A stretch of DNA of 64,000 nt from Anaerolineales bacterium (GTDB lineage: Bacteria > Chloroflexota > Anaerolineae > Anaerolineales > UBA11579): the NCBI GenBank assembly GCA_963662985.1, contig OY760067.1, forward strand, positions 1,502,100 to 1,566,099. Direction: 5' to 3'. The notes under the pieces are model-generated. The model did not search any database, was not told the origin of the DNA, and saw nothing but the letters and a program-made list of their open reading frames with translations. Made by a program: the position numbers and the translations under genes. Below, one piece after another: positions 26,135-35,914 of this stretch. Position 1 is the stretch's first letter. Each line of letters opens with the position of its first letter.

Positions 26135-28735
26135 ATGACAAATTTATTTAATAAAAAATCATTATGGATAATATTATCTATGATTCTTTTAATAGTATTA
26201 TCTTCATGTTCAGTACTTAATCCACCTGAACCAACTTTAGAACCAACTTCAGCTTATTTAAAAAACAAAACAGGCTCTGTACATGTATTAGCAGATAATA
26301 CTTTGAATGAAATTTCAGTTGGTATGGTATTAAAAGATCAAGATTCATTAATTACTTATAAAACAAGTGATGCGACTATTCTTTTACCAGATCAATCCAG
26401 AATTCAATTAGGTGAATTTACAACAATTAAGCTATTAAATACTGAAATCAATCAAGTTGATCCACTCCAAATTTCTTTAGAAAGTGGAGAAGTTTGGATT
26501 ACGTTAGAGTCTGGTGAAATGCAGGTAAAAACAGAAACAGGTGTTGCTTCGGTAAGTGGATCTGTAATGCATGTGTTCTATTCTCAAGTAACAAAAAACA
26601 TGATTGTCACTTGCTTAGAAGGAGTTTGCCAATTTGATGATATTCTTATTCCTGTTGGTGAAAAAGCAATTTTTTACTTTGACGGGAGTCCAACTGAATA
26701 TATCAAACTATCTCAAGAAGATATTAATAATTGGGAAATAAGAAATCCAAACACTACACATAAACTTTCTCAGCTGACTGCTACTGCATGGTCATTGATT
26801 AATGCGCAAGAAACAGCAACACCAACACCGCAGGAAAATACTGAAGAAGTAGGCCAAAATTGTGAATTAAACACATCATGGTTACCAAAGACAATAAAGG
26901 TTGGCGAGACATTATCAACAATTGCATTTTCCAGTGGGATTTCTATTGATGAATTAGCACAAGGGAACTGTATCAAAACAACTGATCGATTAACAGTTGG
27001 GAGTGTATTATTAGTCCCTGAAGCAAAACCTACTCAATCAAGTATCAATATATCTTGCGGTCCTCCGACAGGATGGATCACTTATACAGTTCAAGAAGGC
27101 AATAAATTAGCTGACATTGCAGGAGCTTATCAAGCCACAATTATGTCATTGCAATTAGCGAATTGTCTTGGATCATCGCAAGCTGTTTTTCCAGGCATGG
27201 TGATTTTTGTTCCCAATGTAATTCCAGTGACATTAACACCCACTCCTACAATAACACCAACATTTATAATTGAGCCAAATACAAACACATCTGGTGGTAC
27301 ATCAGGTGGAACAACTTCCGATGGATCAACAGCAGCGACAAGTACAAGCAGTGGTTCTTCATCAACAGTTGATGATGATGTTATATCTATTTCTTCAGAT
27401 AGCGGTCCTGTAGGCTCAATATCTCAATGTAAAAATTCTTATGAAATACATGTAGATGATTCTGATCGCTTAGAGTTAGCACAGCTAATTTACGAATTAA
27501 ATAATAGTAATATATCCGGTGATAAGTACTTTAATATGAGAGATGAAGGATTTGACAGCTCCGGTTATGAAATTTACACAAAATTAATTAGCATAAATAC
27601 TGCAGATACTCCTGGTGCTACCTCGGTTTATTACCGCTATAAATTTAAAGATCTTTTAGGAAATGTATACTATTATCCAGAACTTGGAAAATCACCATAT
27701 CAATTTATCGACACATTATATTGTGATAGTGTAGGCAACACTTTACCAACAACTACATTTTCTATGCAACAAGGTCCAACTGGTGTTCAAACTGCCTGTA
27801 ATCTAGATTATCAAGCTCTAGTAACAAGTCCAGATGGTATTAAACAAGTTGAGTTAGTTTATTCAACATCAGACCCATCATTAGCAACAATTGAAGGCAA
27901 GAAATTGATGAATAAGGTAAGTGGAACATTGACAAAAGCGACCTATGATCTTCTTGATTATGCGATTACTGCTACGAATGGTGACACTGTATACTATCGT
28001 TTCGAAATGCAAGATCAAGCTTCAAACACAATTGTTGACACATATATATATTCATATACATCCCAAACTTGTACCACTGGCATAACCTCATACACAGTGT
28101 CGTTTAATACAGATGGGGGCACTTCAGTTTCAAATCAAACCATTCCATCTGGTGGAACTGTAACACAACCCTCAGACCCAACCAAAACAGGTTATACCTT
28201 TGGGGGTTGGTATGCAGACGCAGGATTTTCAACTGCTTGGAATTTTGCTAGTGATACCATCACATCAAACACAACTCTCTATGCAAAATTTACCATTAAC
28301 AGCTATACCGTGAGTTTCGATACAGATGGTGGTACTTCTATTGGAGATGATACTGTTGATTACAATAATACAGTAACACAACCTTCAGACCCAACCAAAA
28401 CAGGTTATACCTTTGGGGGATGGTATGCAGATTCAGGATTTTCAACAGCTTGGAATTTTGCTAGTGATACAATCACAGCAAACACAACTATATATGCTAA
28501 ATTTACGATTAATAGTTATACCGTAACTTTTGAAGATAATGGAGCAGATAGTGTTGCGATTCCACCACAAACAATCCAATATGGACAAACAGTAACGAAA
28601 CCATCAGATCCAACCAAAACAGGCTCTACATTCGGGGGATGGTTTTCTGATGTAGCATTGACGATAGCATGGAATTTTGTTACTGACACAGTTTCTGGTG
28701 ATTTAACTCTATATGCAAATTGGACAACTCCGTAA
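26135..28735 (+). CDS. Secreted lipoprotein with two LysM domains and three C-terminal Listeria-Bacteroides (Flg_new/InlB B-type) repeats
   Basis: Signal peptide with lipobox LSSC. LysM-like segments are KVGETLSTIAFSSGISIDELAQGN and QEGNKLADIAGAYQATIMSLQLAN. A Thr/Pro/Ser-rich linker follows. There are three repeats of YTV(S/T)F...GGTS...QPSDPTKTGYTFGGWYAD.GFSTAWNFASDTIT.NTT.YAKFT. ATG 26135 is preferred over GTG 26123. Confidence 0.75.
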   Translation: MTNLFNKKSLWIILSMILLIVLSSCSVLNPPEPTLEPTSAYLKNKTGSVHVLADNTLNEISVGMVLKDQDSLITYKTSDATILLPDQSRIQLGEFTTIKLLNTEINQVDPLQISLESGEVWITLESGEMQVKTETGVASVSGSVMHVFYSQVTKNMIVTCLEGVCQFDDILIPVGEKAIFYFDGSPTEYIKLSQEDINNWEIRNPNTTHKLSQLTATAWSLINAQETATPTPQENTEEVGQNCELNTSWLPKTIKVGETLSTIAFSSGISIDELAQGNCIKTTDRLTVGSVLLVPEAKPTQSSINISCGPPTGWITYTVQEGNKLADIAGAYQATIMSLQLANCLGSSQAVFPGMVIFVPNVIPVTLTPTPTITPTFIIEPNTNTSGGTSGGTTSDGSTAATSTSSGSSSTVDDDVISISSDSGPVGSISQCKNSYEIHVDDSDRLELAQLIYELNNSNISGDKYFNMRDEGFDSSGYEIYTKLISINTADTPGATSVYYRYKFKDLLGNVYYYPELGKSPYQFIDTLYCDSVGNTLPTTTFSMQQGPTGVQTACNLDYQALVTSPDGIKQVELVYSTSDPSLATIEGKKLMNKVSGTLTKATYDLLDYAITATNGDTVYYRFEMQDQASNTIVDTYIYSYTSQTCTTGITSYTVSFNTDGGTSVSNQTIPSGGTVTQPSDPTKTGYTFGGWYADAGFSTAWNFASDTITSNTTLYAKFTINSYTVSFDTDGGTSIGDDTVDYNNTVTQPSDPTKTGYTFGGWYADSGFSTAWNFASDTITANTTIYAKFTINSYTVTFEDNGADSVAIPPQTIQYGQTVTKPSDPTKTGSTFGGWFSDVALTIAWNFVTDTVSGDLTLYANWTTP

Positions 28736-28762
28736 ATATAATTTGAGATAAATAGAAAAAAA

Positions 28763-28790
28763 GGAACTTATTTTATAAGTTCCTTTTTAT
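28763..28790. terminator. Bidirectional intrinsic terminator between convergent genes
   Basis: GGAACTTAT-ttt-ATAAGTTCC, flanked by an A-run and a T-run. Confidence 0.75.
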
Positions 28791-28793
28791 TTT

Positions 28794-29858
28794 CTAAATA
28801 ATTACAATTCTTGTGCCTAAAGTTTTAGACGCCCTCTCGTGGATAGGTAATTCTGGCGTTGCCCAACGAAAAAGCCATTTTGCATCAGGATTGAACATAT
28901 TCACACAACCTTTGCTCATTTGAACTCCAAAATTATGGTGCCAATATGCACCATGAATTGCATATCCTAACAATTGATCATCAAAAAACATTGTCCATGG
29001 CACACCCGGAAGATCTTCATTGGAAGAAGCATTTACTAAACTTCCGGATCCCATATGTTTAGATGGCATTTTTGATTGAACATAATGTGTACCTGTAGGA
29101 GTAAGAGTAGAGATTCCATTGGTTGAATTTGAATTAATTCCTGAAGAAATCATTGTTCTCATCACTTCTTTTTCACCTTCAAATGCCTGAAGCATTTGCC
29201 ATCTTAATGATACAACGATATATTTGTTATCTTTTGGAACTTCAGTGTGAATGGGAGATAATTCACTTTCAGAAAAAATATGAAATGCTTTTGCAGGAGC
29301 ATAGAATTTTCGATCTCGCCATAATTCAGATTCTAAGGCATACCATATTTCTTTATCTGGACCTTCAACAGCATCTACAACCCAATGAGTGGATTCATAA
29401 TAAAGTCTAGAGTTTTCAATAGGAGTCCAACCACCACTTTCTGAGAAAGTATAAGGTTCTACAAAAGCCATTCTTAGTTCAGCTAAATCTCCCTGTTCAC
29501 TTATATTTTCTAATGGTGTTTCAATTTGTTCTTCAAATACTTGAACAAATTTACTATGGATATACCCTTCTTTAATTCGATACCATAAAGGATTATTCGC
29601 GGGGCCATGAATTGCAGTGATTTCTTCTACTATATCAACAATTTCATCCCTAAAAAGATAACCAATCGTCTCAGCTCCATTAATTAAAGGTTTATCAAAA
29701 ATTGAAATTGATTCATACGTTATTCTTCCTTGAAGAGAAGAATTAGCGAGAGCTTTTTGTTTAAAGTTTAAATAAGGAGAGAGACCAATAGCAGAACTGG
29801 TCAAGGTCCCAATTTTCAGAAAATCTCTTCGGGACAAAATTTTATTATTTTTTGTCAT
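28794..29858 (-). CDS. L,D-transpeptidase (YkuD family) with a Tat-type signal
   Basis: SRRDFLKIGTLTSSAIG is a twin-arginine-like signal. The catalytic region is HGAYWHHNFGVQMSKGCVNM. Confidence 0.85.
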   Translation of the reverse strand: MTKNNKILSRRDFLKIGTLTSSAIGLSPYLNFKQKALANSSLQGRITYESISIFDKPLINGAETIGYLFRDEIVDIVEEITAIHGPANNPLWYRIKEGYIHSKFVQVFEEQIETPLENISEQGDLAELRMAFVEPYTFSESGGWTPIENSRLYYESTHWVVDAVEGPDKEIWYALESELWRDRKFYAPAKAFHIFSESELSPIHTEVPKDNKYIVVSLRWQMLQAFEGEKEVMRTMISSGINSNSTNGISTLTPTGTHYVQSKMPSKHMGSGSLVNASSNEDLPGVPWTMFFDDQLLGYAIHGAYWHHNFGVQMSKGCVNMFNPDAKWLFRWATPELPIHERASKTLGTRIVII

Positions 29859-31252
29859 TTTCTCAATCGTTCTTGTTTGAAAACTTCAAGTTCAAGTCTG
29901 GATCTAGTGCCAGCTTTTTCTAATTGTTCGAATGTTTGACGCGTTAAATTAGTAATATTATTAGTTAAGTTCCACATTAGTTTACTTCCTAATTCAGGAT
30001 CATCCTCCACCAAAGCCAACAGGCGCGCTTGGTTTAGGCCAAGTATAACAGCACCTTCAGCACCAGAGATTAATTCTGCTATAGGAGTTTTGTGGTCGAT
30101 CATAGCCAATTCACCTGTCATATCACCAGGTCGAAGTTCAGAAAGTCGCTGAGGTTGTTGATTACGTCCCACACCATTTGTATTTGTCCATGCTTCCATA
30201 GTACCAGCTTGAACAACAAATAATTCTGGATCGTCTGGATTTTCTTGATAAATAGAGCGAAATGGAGGAAAAACATATTGATTCAATTGTGAAGCTAAAC
30301 GGAACCGTTCATTATCATTTAAATTTTCTCCAATACTCGAAACACCTAAAAATTGTGCAGTTTCACGTACCTTCGCCAATTCAGCATCTCCAACAGGTTC
30401 ATTTAAATTATCAGTTAAAACAGGAACACCTAGGAAGGATGCGACAAATTTTTGTACAATTTGTTTTGCTTCAAATTGTGGCCAGTGACCAGCATTTGGT
30501 AAAATACGAAGATCCGCATCAAACATTTCTTCTGCCACAACACCTGCATCTCGCAATGGCACTGTATTATCTTCTGCTCCCCAAATAAAGAGGATAGGGG
30601 TTTGAATTGAGGATAATTTTCCACTTAAATTATTATTTCTCATAGCAGTAAAACATTCAGCTCTAGTTCTCCCACCACGGCGTTGACGAGCATCTGATCG
30701 GAGAACATGATATTCATCATCTGTAATTTTGGTACGGTCAGCAAATGAAATTCCCCTCATCATACGATCAGTAATACCACCAATGACCATTTCACCACCA
30801 TAAATGATAGCTCCCCCAATTCGTGTGCTTTCAACAAAGTTAATTGGTGCAATCAATAAATTTGTTGTAGTCGATAAAACGCCAGTAATAGTTGGTGAAA
30901 TACAAACAATACGTTCAATTAATTCTGGAGTATGAATAGCAGCAGTTAAACTGGTCATGCCACCCATTGAGTGCCCAACCAAAATAACAGGTCCATTACT
31001 AATCTGACGAATTAGTTCAGCAACAAGATCAGCATATCTTTTGATAGTGACACGTTCTTTTAAGTCTTCAGATTTACCATAACCAGGAAGGTCAATAGCA
31101 ATCACATGATATCGTTTACTCAACAATTCCATCAATGGTTGGAGTGCATAAGATGAACTTGACCATCCATGAATCAGAATTGCTTTTTGCCGGTTGGGAG
31201 AGCCCATTTCAACAGTATTAATTGATTGTCCGAGAACTTCATATATTGCCAT
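29855..31252 (-). CDS. Alpha/beta-hydrolase fused to a C-terminal cyclic-nucleotide-binding-like (CAP_ED) domain
   Basis: HGWSSSS, the nucleophile elbow GHSMGG, and NAGHWPQFE. The C-terminal ~140 aa contains LRPGDMTGELAMID in a CAP-effector-like beta-roll context. Confidence 0.7.
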   Translation of the reverse strand: MAIYEVLGQSINTVEMGSPNRQKAILIHGWSSSSYALQPLMELLSKRYHVIAIDLPGYGKSEDLKERVTIKRYADLVAELIRQISNGPVILVGHSMGGMTSLTAAIHTPELIERIVCISPTITGVLSTTTNLLIAPINFVESTRIGGAIIYGGEMVIGGITDRMMRGISFADRTKITDDEYHVLRSDARQRRGGRTRAECFTAMRNNNLSGKLSSIQTPILFIWGAEDNTVPLRDAGVVAEEMFDADLRILPNAGHWPQFEAKQIVQKFVASFLGVPVLTDNLNEPVGDAELAKVRETAQFLGVSSIGENLNDNERFRLASQLNQYVFPPFRSIYQENPDDPELFVVQAGTMEAWTNTNGVGRNQQPQRLSELRPGDMTGELAMIDHKTPIAELISGAEGAVILGLNQARLLALVEDDPELGSKLMWNLTNNITNLTRQTFEQLEKAGTRSRLELEVFKQERLRK

Positions 31253-31360
31253 AATTACAACCTTAAATCCATTAACTTTTATGTTTAATATTAACTTTTA
31301 TTATAGTTTATTTTTTTTCTTTATGGATATGTTCTTTTAATTTCTACCAAGACTATTATT

Positions 31361-34300
31361 TCATGGAACTGGTGTAGGGGTCAATGTCATGAGGATCAAA
31401 CTTGGGGTGTCATCAGTTTCAGTAGGTTGATAAGTTGGAGTTGGAGTGATTGTAGGAGGAATAGGCGTTGGTTCTGGACGAATAGGTTTTATTTCAAAAG
31501 TAACAAATGTCTCTGCATAAGTTCCTTTATTACTATGTAACTTTAATCTTAAAGTAACCGTTTGAGCATTCATTTCTGAAATATCCCAAACATAAACTTC
31601 TGTAGGTTCATAAGATTGAGTAGAGGTTGAAAACAATGTTTTAAAATCACTGTCATTTGTAGTTTGACCTTTTGCCCATTCAATTTCATAATTTCCGAAA
31701 TTGGCTGTTGCATTAGCAATTACAAAAATTCGAACCTCTTTTCCTTCAATCACTTGCCCAGATCGCGGATAGGCAAATTCCATAATAGGTTGAGGCATTG
31801 AGGTTGTGCAACTTTCAGTTGGTATAAATATTAAATCATCACCTTTAAATCCTAATGAACTAGCCCAATTTTTTCCTTGATTGGTTTGTGAGACCCAGTT
31901 TTTATATTCAGGAGTTGTGATATTCAATACCTTTTCGATCTCAGAATTGTTGGGGCATTGATTAGATGCTAAAGTTTGAGTCCAAGTATCAATCACAATT
32001 TTTTGGATGAGATCATTTTCTTTACTCAATGGAGGTTGGCTAGCAACAAAATATTCAAGTCGAGTTGATGGGCAGTCTTCTGATGGTTTTGTACCAGATA
32101 CAGTACAAATTTCTTCTTGGATGATTCCATTTGGAACATAGAATGGGGTTGGATTACCACCAGATATTCGGTTAATTGCTTCTGTCATGAAATTTGCCCA
32201 TGCTGGACCAGCACCGTAAACACCAGAGGTATTTATAAGTTCTGTATTATCAGGGTTGCCGATCCAAACACCAGTTACAAGATCTGGTGTATAGCCAATA
32301 GTCCAGTTGTCTCGAGAGTCATTTGTGGTACCTGTTTTTACAGCTGCATCAAAATTTAAGTTTAGTACAGAATAAGCACCAAACCCGGGAGTTCGAGCAG
32401 CATTGTCAGATAAGATGTCAGAAATCAAAAATGCATGATTGGGATCTATTACTTGGTTTCCTTGAGGAGGAGTATATTCATATAAAATATCTCCCGAGTA
32501 GTTTGTCACTTTTGTGATCGATACTGGTGGAATATATCGGCCATAATTGGCGAAAACAGAATAAGCACTAGTCATATCTAATAAACTTATTTCTGCTGCA
32601 CCTAAAGCTAATGAATAGCCATAATGATCAGAATTTAATCCACTAATTCCAAATCGGTTATAGTAGTTCAAAATCCCTTCCACGCGTGGAGTACTAGGAT
32701 TATCATAAATCCCCACAAATTTAAGAGCAGATACTGCAGGAATATTATAGGAACTCGCCAAAGCAGTTCTTAAAGTGATAGGGCCATGTTCTGAATAATC
32801 ATAATTTCTTGGGGTATATGTAGATGTGTCATAAGGATCTTCAGAAGCAGGGAATGTAGTTTGAATATCCCAGAATAATGTGGCAGGTGTGTATCCTAAT
32901 TCAAATGCAGCTGCATAAGTGAATGGTTTAATTGTTGAACCAGGTTGACGTGGGCTGATTGCCATATTGATCTGCCCATCTATATCTTCATTGTAATAAT
33001 CCTCTGATCCAACCATAGCAAGAATTTCCCCAGTGGAAGGTTGAATAGCAACTAAAGCCCCACTTTGCACATTATTATCAACAAGATTAGCAACTTGTTC
33101 ACTGATTGCTTCTTCTGCTAATTTTTGTAATGTAGGTTCAAGAGTTGTATAGACAGTATAACCAGATTGATAAAGTGCTTGAGAACCAAAAACATCTTCA
33201 AGTTGATTACGAATGTAATTGACCCAATGAGGATATAACATTTCATGTACAGGAGGAACAAATTCATAATTTGCAATTTCTTTTGTTATTGCGACTGCTT
33301 CATCATCTGAAACACAAACAGGAATTTGACTTTCATAAATCTTTATACAATTTGTTTCTGCACTTAATTTTCTGGTTGCATACACAACAGATTGATGGCG
33401 AGCCAAAACAGCTTCACGATTTGAATAAATATCATAATAAGACGGAGCTTGTGGTAAACCCGCTAAGAAGGTTGCTTGAGCCATTGTGAGATCTTTTGCA
33501 CGGACACCAAAATAGGTTTGTGCGGCAGCTTCAATACCATATGCCAAGTTCCCATAATAAATTTCATTAAGATAGATTTCCATGATCTCATCTTTTGTAT
33601 ATTGGCGGGTCATTTCTTGAGCCAATAATGCTTCATGGACTTTTACTAAATAACTTAATGATCCTGCTTCTTCTTGCGTTAAGAATAAATGCTCAGCTAA
33701 TTGTTGTGTGATTGTAGACGCACCAGAAACAATTGTGCCACTTTGTGTGTTTTGAATAAACGCTCTGATGATTGCACGAATACTAAAACCAGGATTGTTA
33801 TAAAAATCTTCATCTTCTGTGGCAATCGTTGCAGCGATTACATTTGGAGAAATTTCACTGATTGGAACATAGATTCTTGAACCGCCAGTAGGATCGTTTA
33901 TTTCGTATAGCAAATTCCCATTTCGATCCATAATCCGAGTCGTTTCAAATTGCAAAGTTCTTGTCCGCAGATCTGCCACTGAAGGAAGACTAACAGCCAC
34001 ATCATAATACATAAAAATAGCAAAAGAAAGTGCAGCAAAGCTAGTTAAGATAATACCTAAAGATAATATGAAAAATGAACGAATTAGGCATGACGATCGC
34101 TCACTTTTTTTCTTTTTCGTCTTTTTTCTTGAATATTTATTTGCAATTTGAGATGTTTCGCCTTCTTTTTCATTGAGAGGCATCCCATTTTGATCAATTG
34201 CTGGTCTTGAAAATTTTATATCTCCTAATGGAGGTGGTGCGGGAATGTCTTCTGATTTTTCATCTAATATTGGTTTTGTAGAAGTTGAAATTTTATTTTT

Positions 34301-34699
34301 TACATTATCAATCAAATTTGAATCTTCTAATTCTTTTTCAAAATGATTATTTTCATCATTAATAATAACAGGCTTAACTGTATTAGGCATATGATGTGTT
34401 GCTTCGTTAATTTGAATTTCTGAATAATTGATTGATTCTTCTTTCTCATCTAAATCTATAGGTTTGCTAATTGGTTTTGTTGAGTCTTGGCTTTCAGATG
34501 AACTTAATATTGAAGAATTTTGATTTGTTGAGATTCTTTGAGTAGGTTGAGTATCGACTTGATTAATTGGATTGACCCGATTTAAATATTCAGACATTTC
34601 ATTTTCTTGAGAATCTAGCAGATCATTGAACTTTTTTTTAGGTTTTGTCGAACCTTTTTCTTCAAAAGAAGATTGAGATGGATTTTTTTTATCAGTCAT
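31361..34699 (-). CDS. Class A penicillin-binding protein (PBP1A-type transglycosylase/transpeptidase), 1112 aa
   Basis: GT51 motifs (ATIATEDEDFYNNPGF, GASTITQQLAE). Transpeptidase motifs STIKP, SYN and KTGTT. It also has a ~200-aa N-terminal low-complexity cytoplasmic extension, a TM helix, and a C-terminal domain with a Pro/Thr tail. Confidence 0.9.
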   Translation of the reverse strand: MTDKKNPSQSSFEEKGSTKPKKKFNDLLDSQENEMSEYLNRVNPINQVDTQPTQRISTNQNSSILSSSESQDSTKPISKPIDLDEKEESINYSEIQINEATHHMPNTVKPVIINDENNHFEKELEDSNLIDNVKNKISTSTKPILDEKSEDIPAPPPLGDIKFSRPAIDQNGMPLNEKEGETSQIANKYSRKKTKKKKSERSSCLIRSFFILSLGIILTSFAALSFAIFMYYDVAVSLPSVADLRTRTLQFETTRIMDRNGNLLYEINDPTGGSRIYVPISEISPNVIAATIATEDEDFYNNPGFSIRAIIRAFIQNTQSGTIVSGASTITQQLAEHLFLTQEEAGSLSYLVKVHEALLAQEMTRQYTKDEIMEIYLNEIYYGNLAYGIEAAAQTYFGVRAKDLTMAQATFLAGLPQAPSYYDIYSNREAVLARHQSVVYATRKLSAETNCIKIYESQIPVCVSDDEAVAITKEIANYEFVPPVHEMLYPHWVNYIRNQLEDVFGSQALYQSGYTVYTTLEPTLQKLAEEAISEQVANLVDNNVQSGALVAIQPSTGEILAMVGSEDYYNEDIDGQINMAISPRQPGSTIKPFTYAAAFELGYTPATLFWDIQTTFPASEDPYDTSTYTPRNYDYSEHGPITLRTALASSYNIPAVSALKFVGIYDNPSTPRVEGILNYYNRFGISGLNSDHYGYSLALGAAEISLLDMTSAYSVFANYGRYIPPVSITKVTNYSGDILYEYTPPQGNQVIDPNHAFLISDILSDNAARTPGFGAYSVLNLNFDAAVKTGTTNDSRDNWTIGYTPDLVTGVWIGNPDNTELINTSGVYGAGPAWANFMTEAINRISGGNPTPFYVPNGIIQEEICTVSGTKPSEDCPSTRLEYFVASQPPLSKENDLIQKIVIDTWTQTLASNQCPNNSEIEKVLNITTPEYKNWVSQTNQGKNWASSLGFKGDDLIFIPTESCTTSMPQPIMEFAYPRSGQVIEGKEVRIFVIANATANFGNYEIEWAKGQTTNDSDFKTLFSTSTQSYEPTEVYVWDISEMNAQTVTLRLKLHSNKGTYAETFVTFEIKPIRPEPTPIPPTITPTPTYQPTETDDTPSLILMTLTPTPVP

Positions 34700-34821
34700 A
34701 TTTATTTAAATGAACCTATTGTGAAATGATTAAGCAAACTATAATTTAGAATATTATAGACAATCTTGCACGATTACGCTTGGTATTCGCAAGACCTTTA
34801 TTCCAAATTAATAAATAAGAT

Positions 34822-35913
34822 ATGAAAAATAATATTCACTCCATTCAAGAAATCTTAAAACAATTTTTCTCATTAGAAGAAATAATATCAATAGAGAATT
34901 TAATTAAAGGGAATATCAATGATAGCTATAAAATTAACTTAAGCGATAAAACCTTTCTCTTGCAAAGAATAAATACGGAGGTTTTTTCAAATCCCATTCA
35001 AGTTATTCAAAACATAGAAGCTGTCACAACTTATATCCAACGAAATTTTCCTGAAAAAAAATTGATAGAAATAAAATATACAAAGGATAATAATCCTTAT
35101 TATCTTTCTTCGAAACATCAATATTGGCGTGTTATAAATTGGATTGACAATTCAGTGTCTTATAGTTCTCCAAGAAATCAGGAACAAGCTGAAGAAGCGG
35201 GGAAAGCATTAGCTGATTTTCATAACAACCTTGTAGAATACCCTGTACATTTATTATTTGAGACTATTCCAAATTTTCATAATACAAGTCAAAGATATGA
35301 ACAATTTTTAATTGCTCTTGATAATAATATTGTTAATCGAAGAAGCGGTATTAAAGATGAAGTCGATTTTTTGTTAGAAAGGGTAGAATTAAGTACGAAA
35401 CTTCAATCATTAATTACTTGTAAAAAGATACCAATTCGAGTTACTCATAATGATCCAAAAATGGATAATATACTTTTGGATCAAAATACTGGAAGAGCAA
35501 TTTGTTTGATTGATCTTGATACGATTATGCCAGGTACAATATTACATGATTTTGGAGATATGATTCGTACATGTACTGTTACAGCTTCTGAAAATGAAAC
35601 AAATCTCTCTAAAGTGGAAATTGATCAAAATCTATTTGAAGGATGTGTAAAAGGATATGCCTCGATTGCAAATCAATTTATTACTAATAACGAAAAAGAA
35701 AACCTATATGTTGGTGCGCTTACAATAACATATGAACAATCAATGCGTTTCTTAACAGATTATTTAAATGGTGATCAATATTATAAAATAGCGCACCCAG
35801 AACATAATCTTGAGCGCGCTAAAAATCAAATAAAATTAACCAAATCCTTAGAAGATCACCATCATAAACTACAAGAAATACTTTATAAAAGTTTTGATCT
35901 TTTACCTCAATAA
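34822..35913 (+). CDS. APH-fold phosphotransferase/kinase (sugar-1-kinase-like)
   Basis: 363 aa. Brenner-type catalytic loop VTHNDPKMDNILLD and metal-binding motif LIDLDT. Confidence 0.65.
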   Translation: MKNNIHSIQEILKQFFSLEEIISIENLIKGNINDSYKINLSDKTFLLQRINTEVFSNPIQVIQNIEAVTTYIQRNFPEKKLIEIKYTKDNNPYYLSSKHQYWRVINWIDNSVSYSSPRNQEQAEEAGKALADFHNNLVEYPVHLLFETIPNFHNTSQRYEQFLIALDNNIVNRRSGIKDEVDFLLERVELSTKLQSLITCKKIPIRVTHNDPKMDNILLDQNTGRAICLIDLDTIMPGTILHDFGDMIRTCTVTASENETNLSKVEIDQNLFEGCVKGYASIANQFITNNEKENLYVGALTITYEQSMRFLTDYLNGDQYYKIAHPEHNLERAKNQIKLTKSLEDHHHKLQEILYKSFDLLPQ

Positions 35914-35914
35914 A

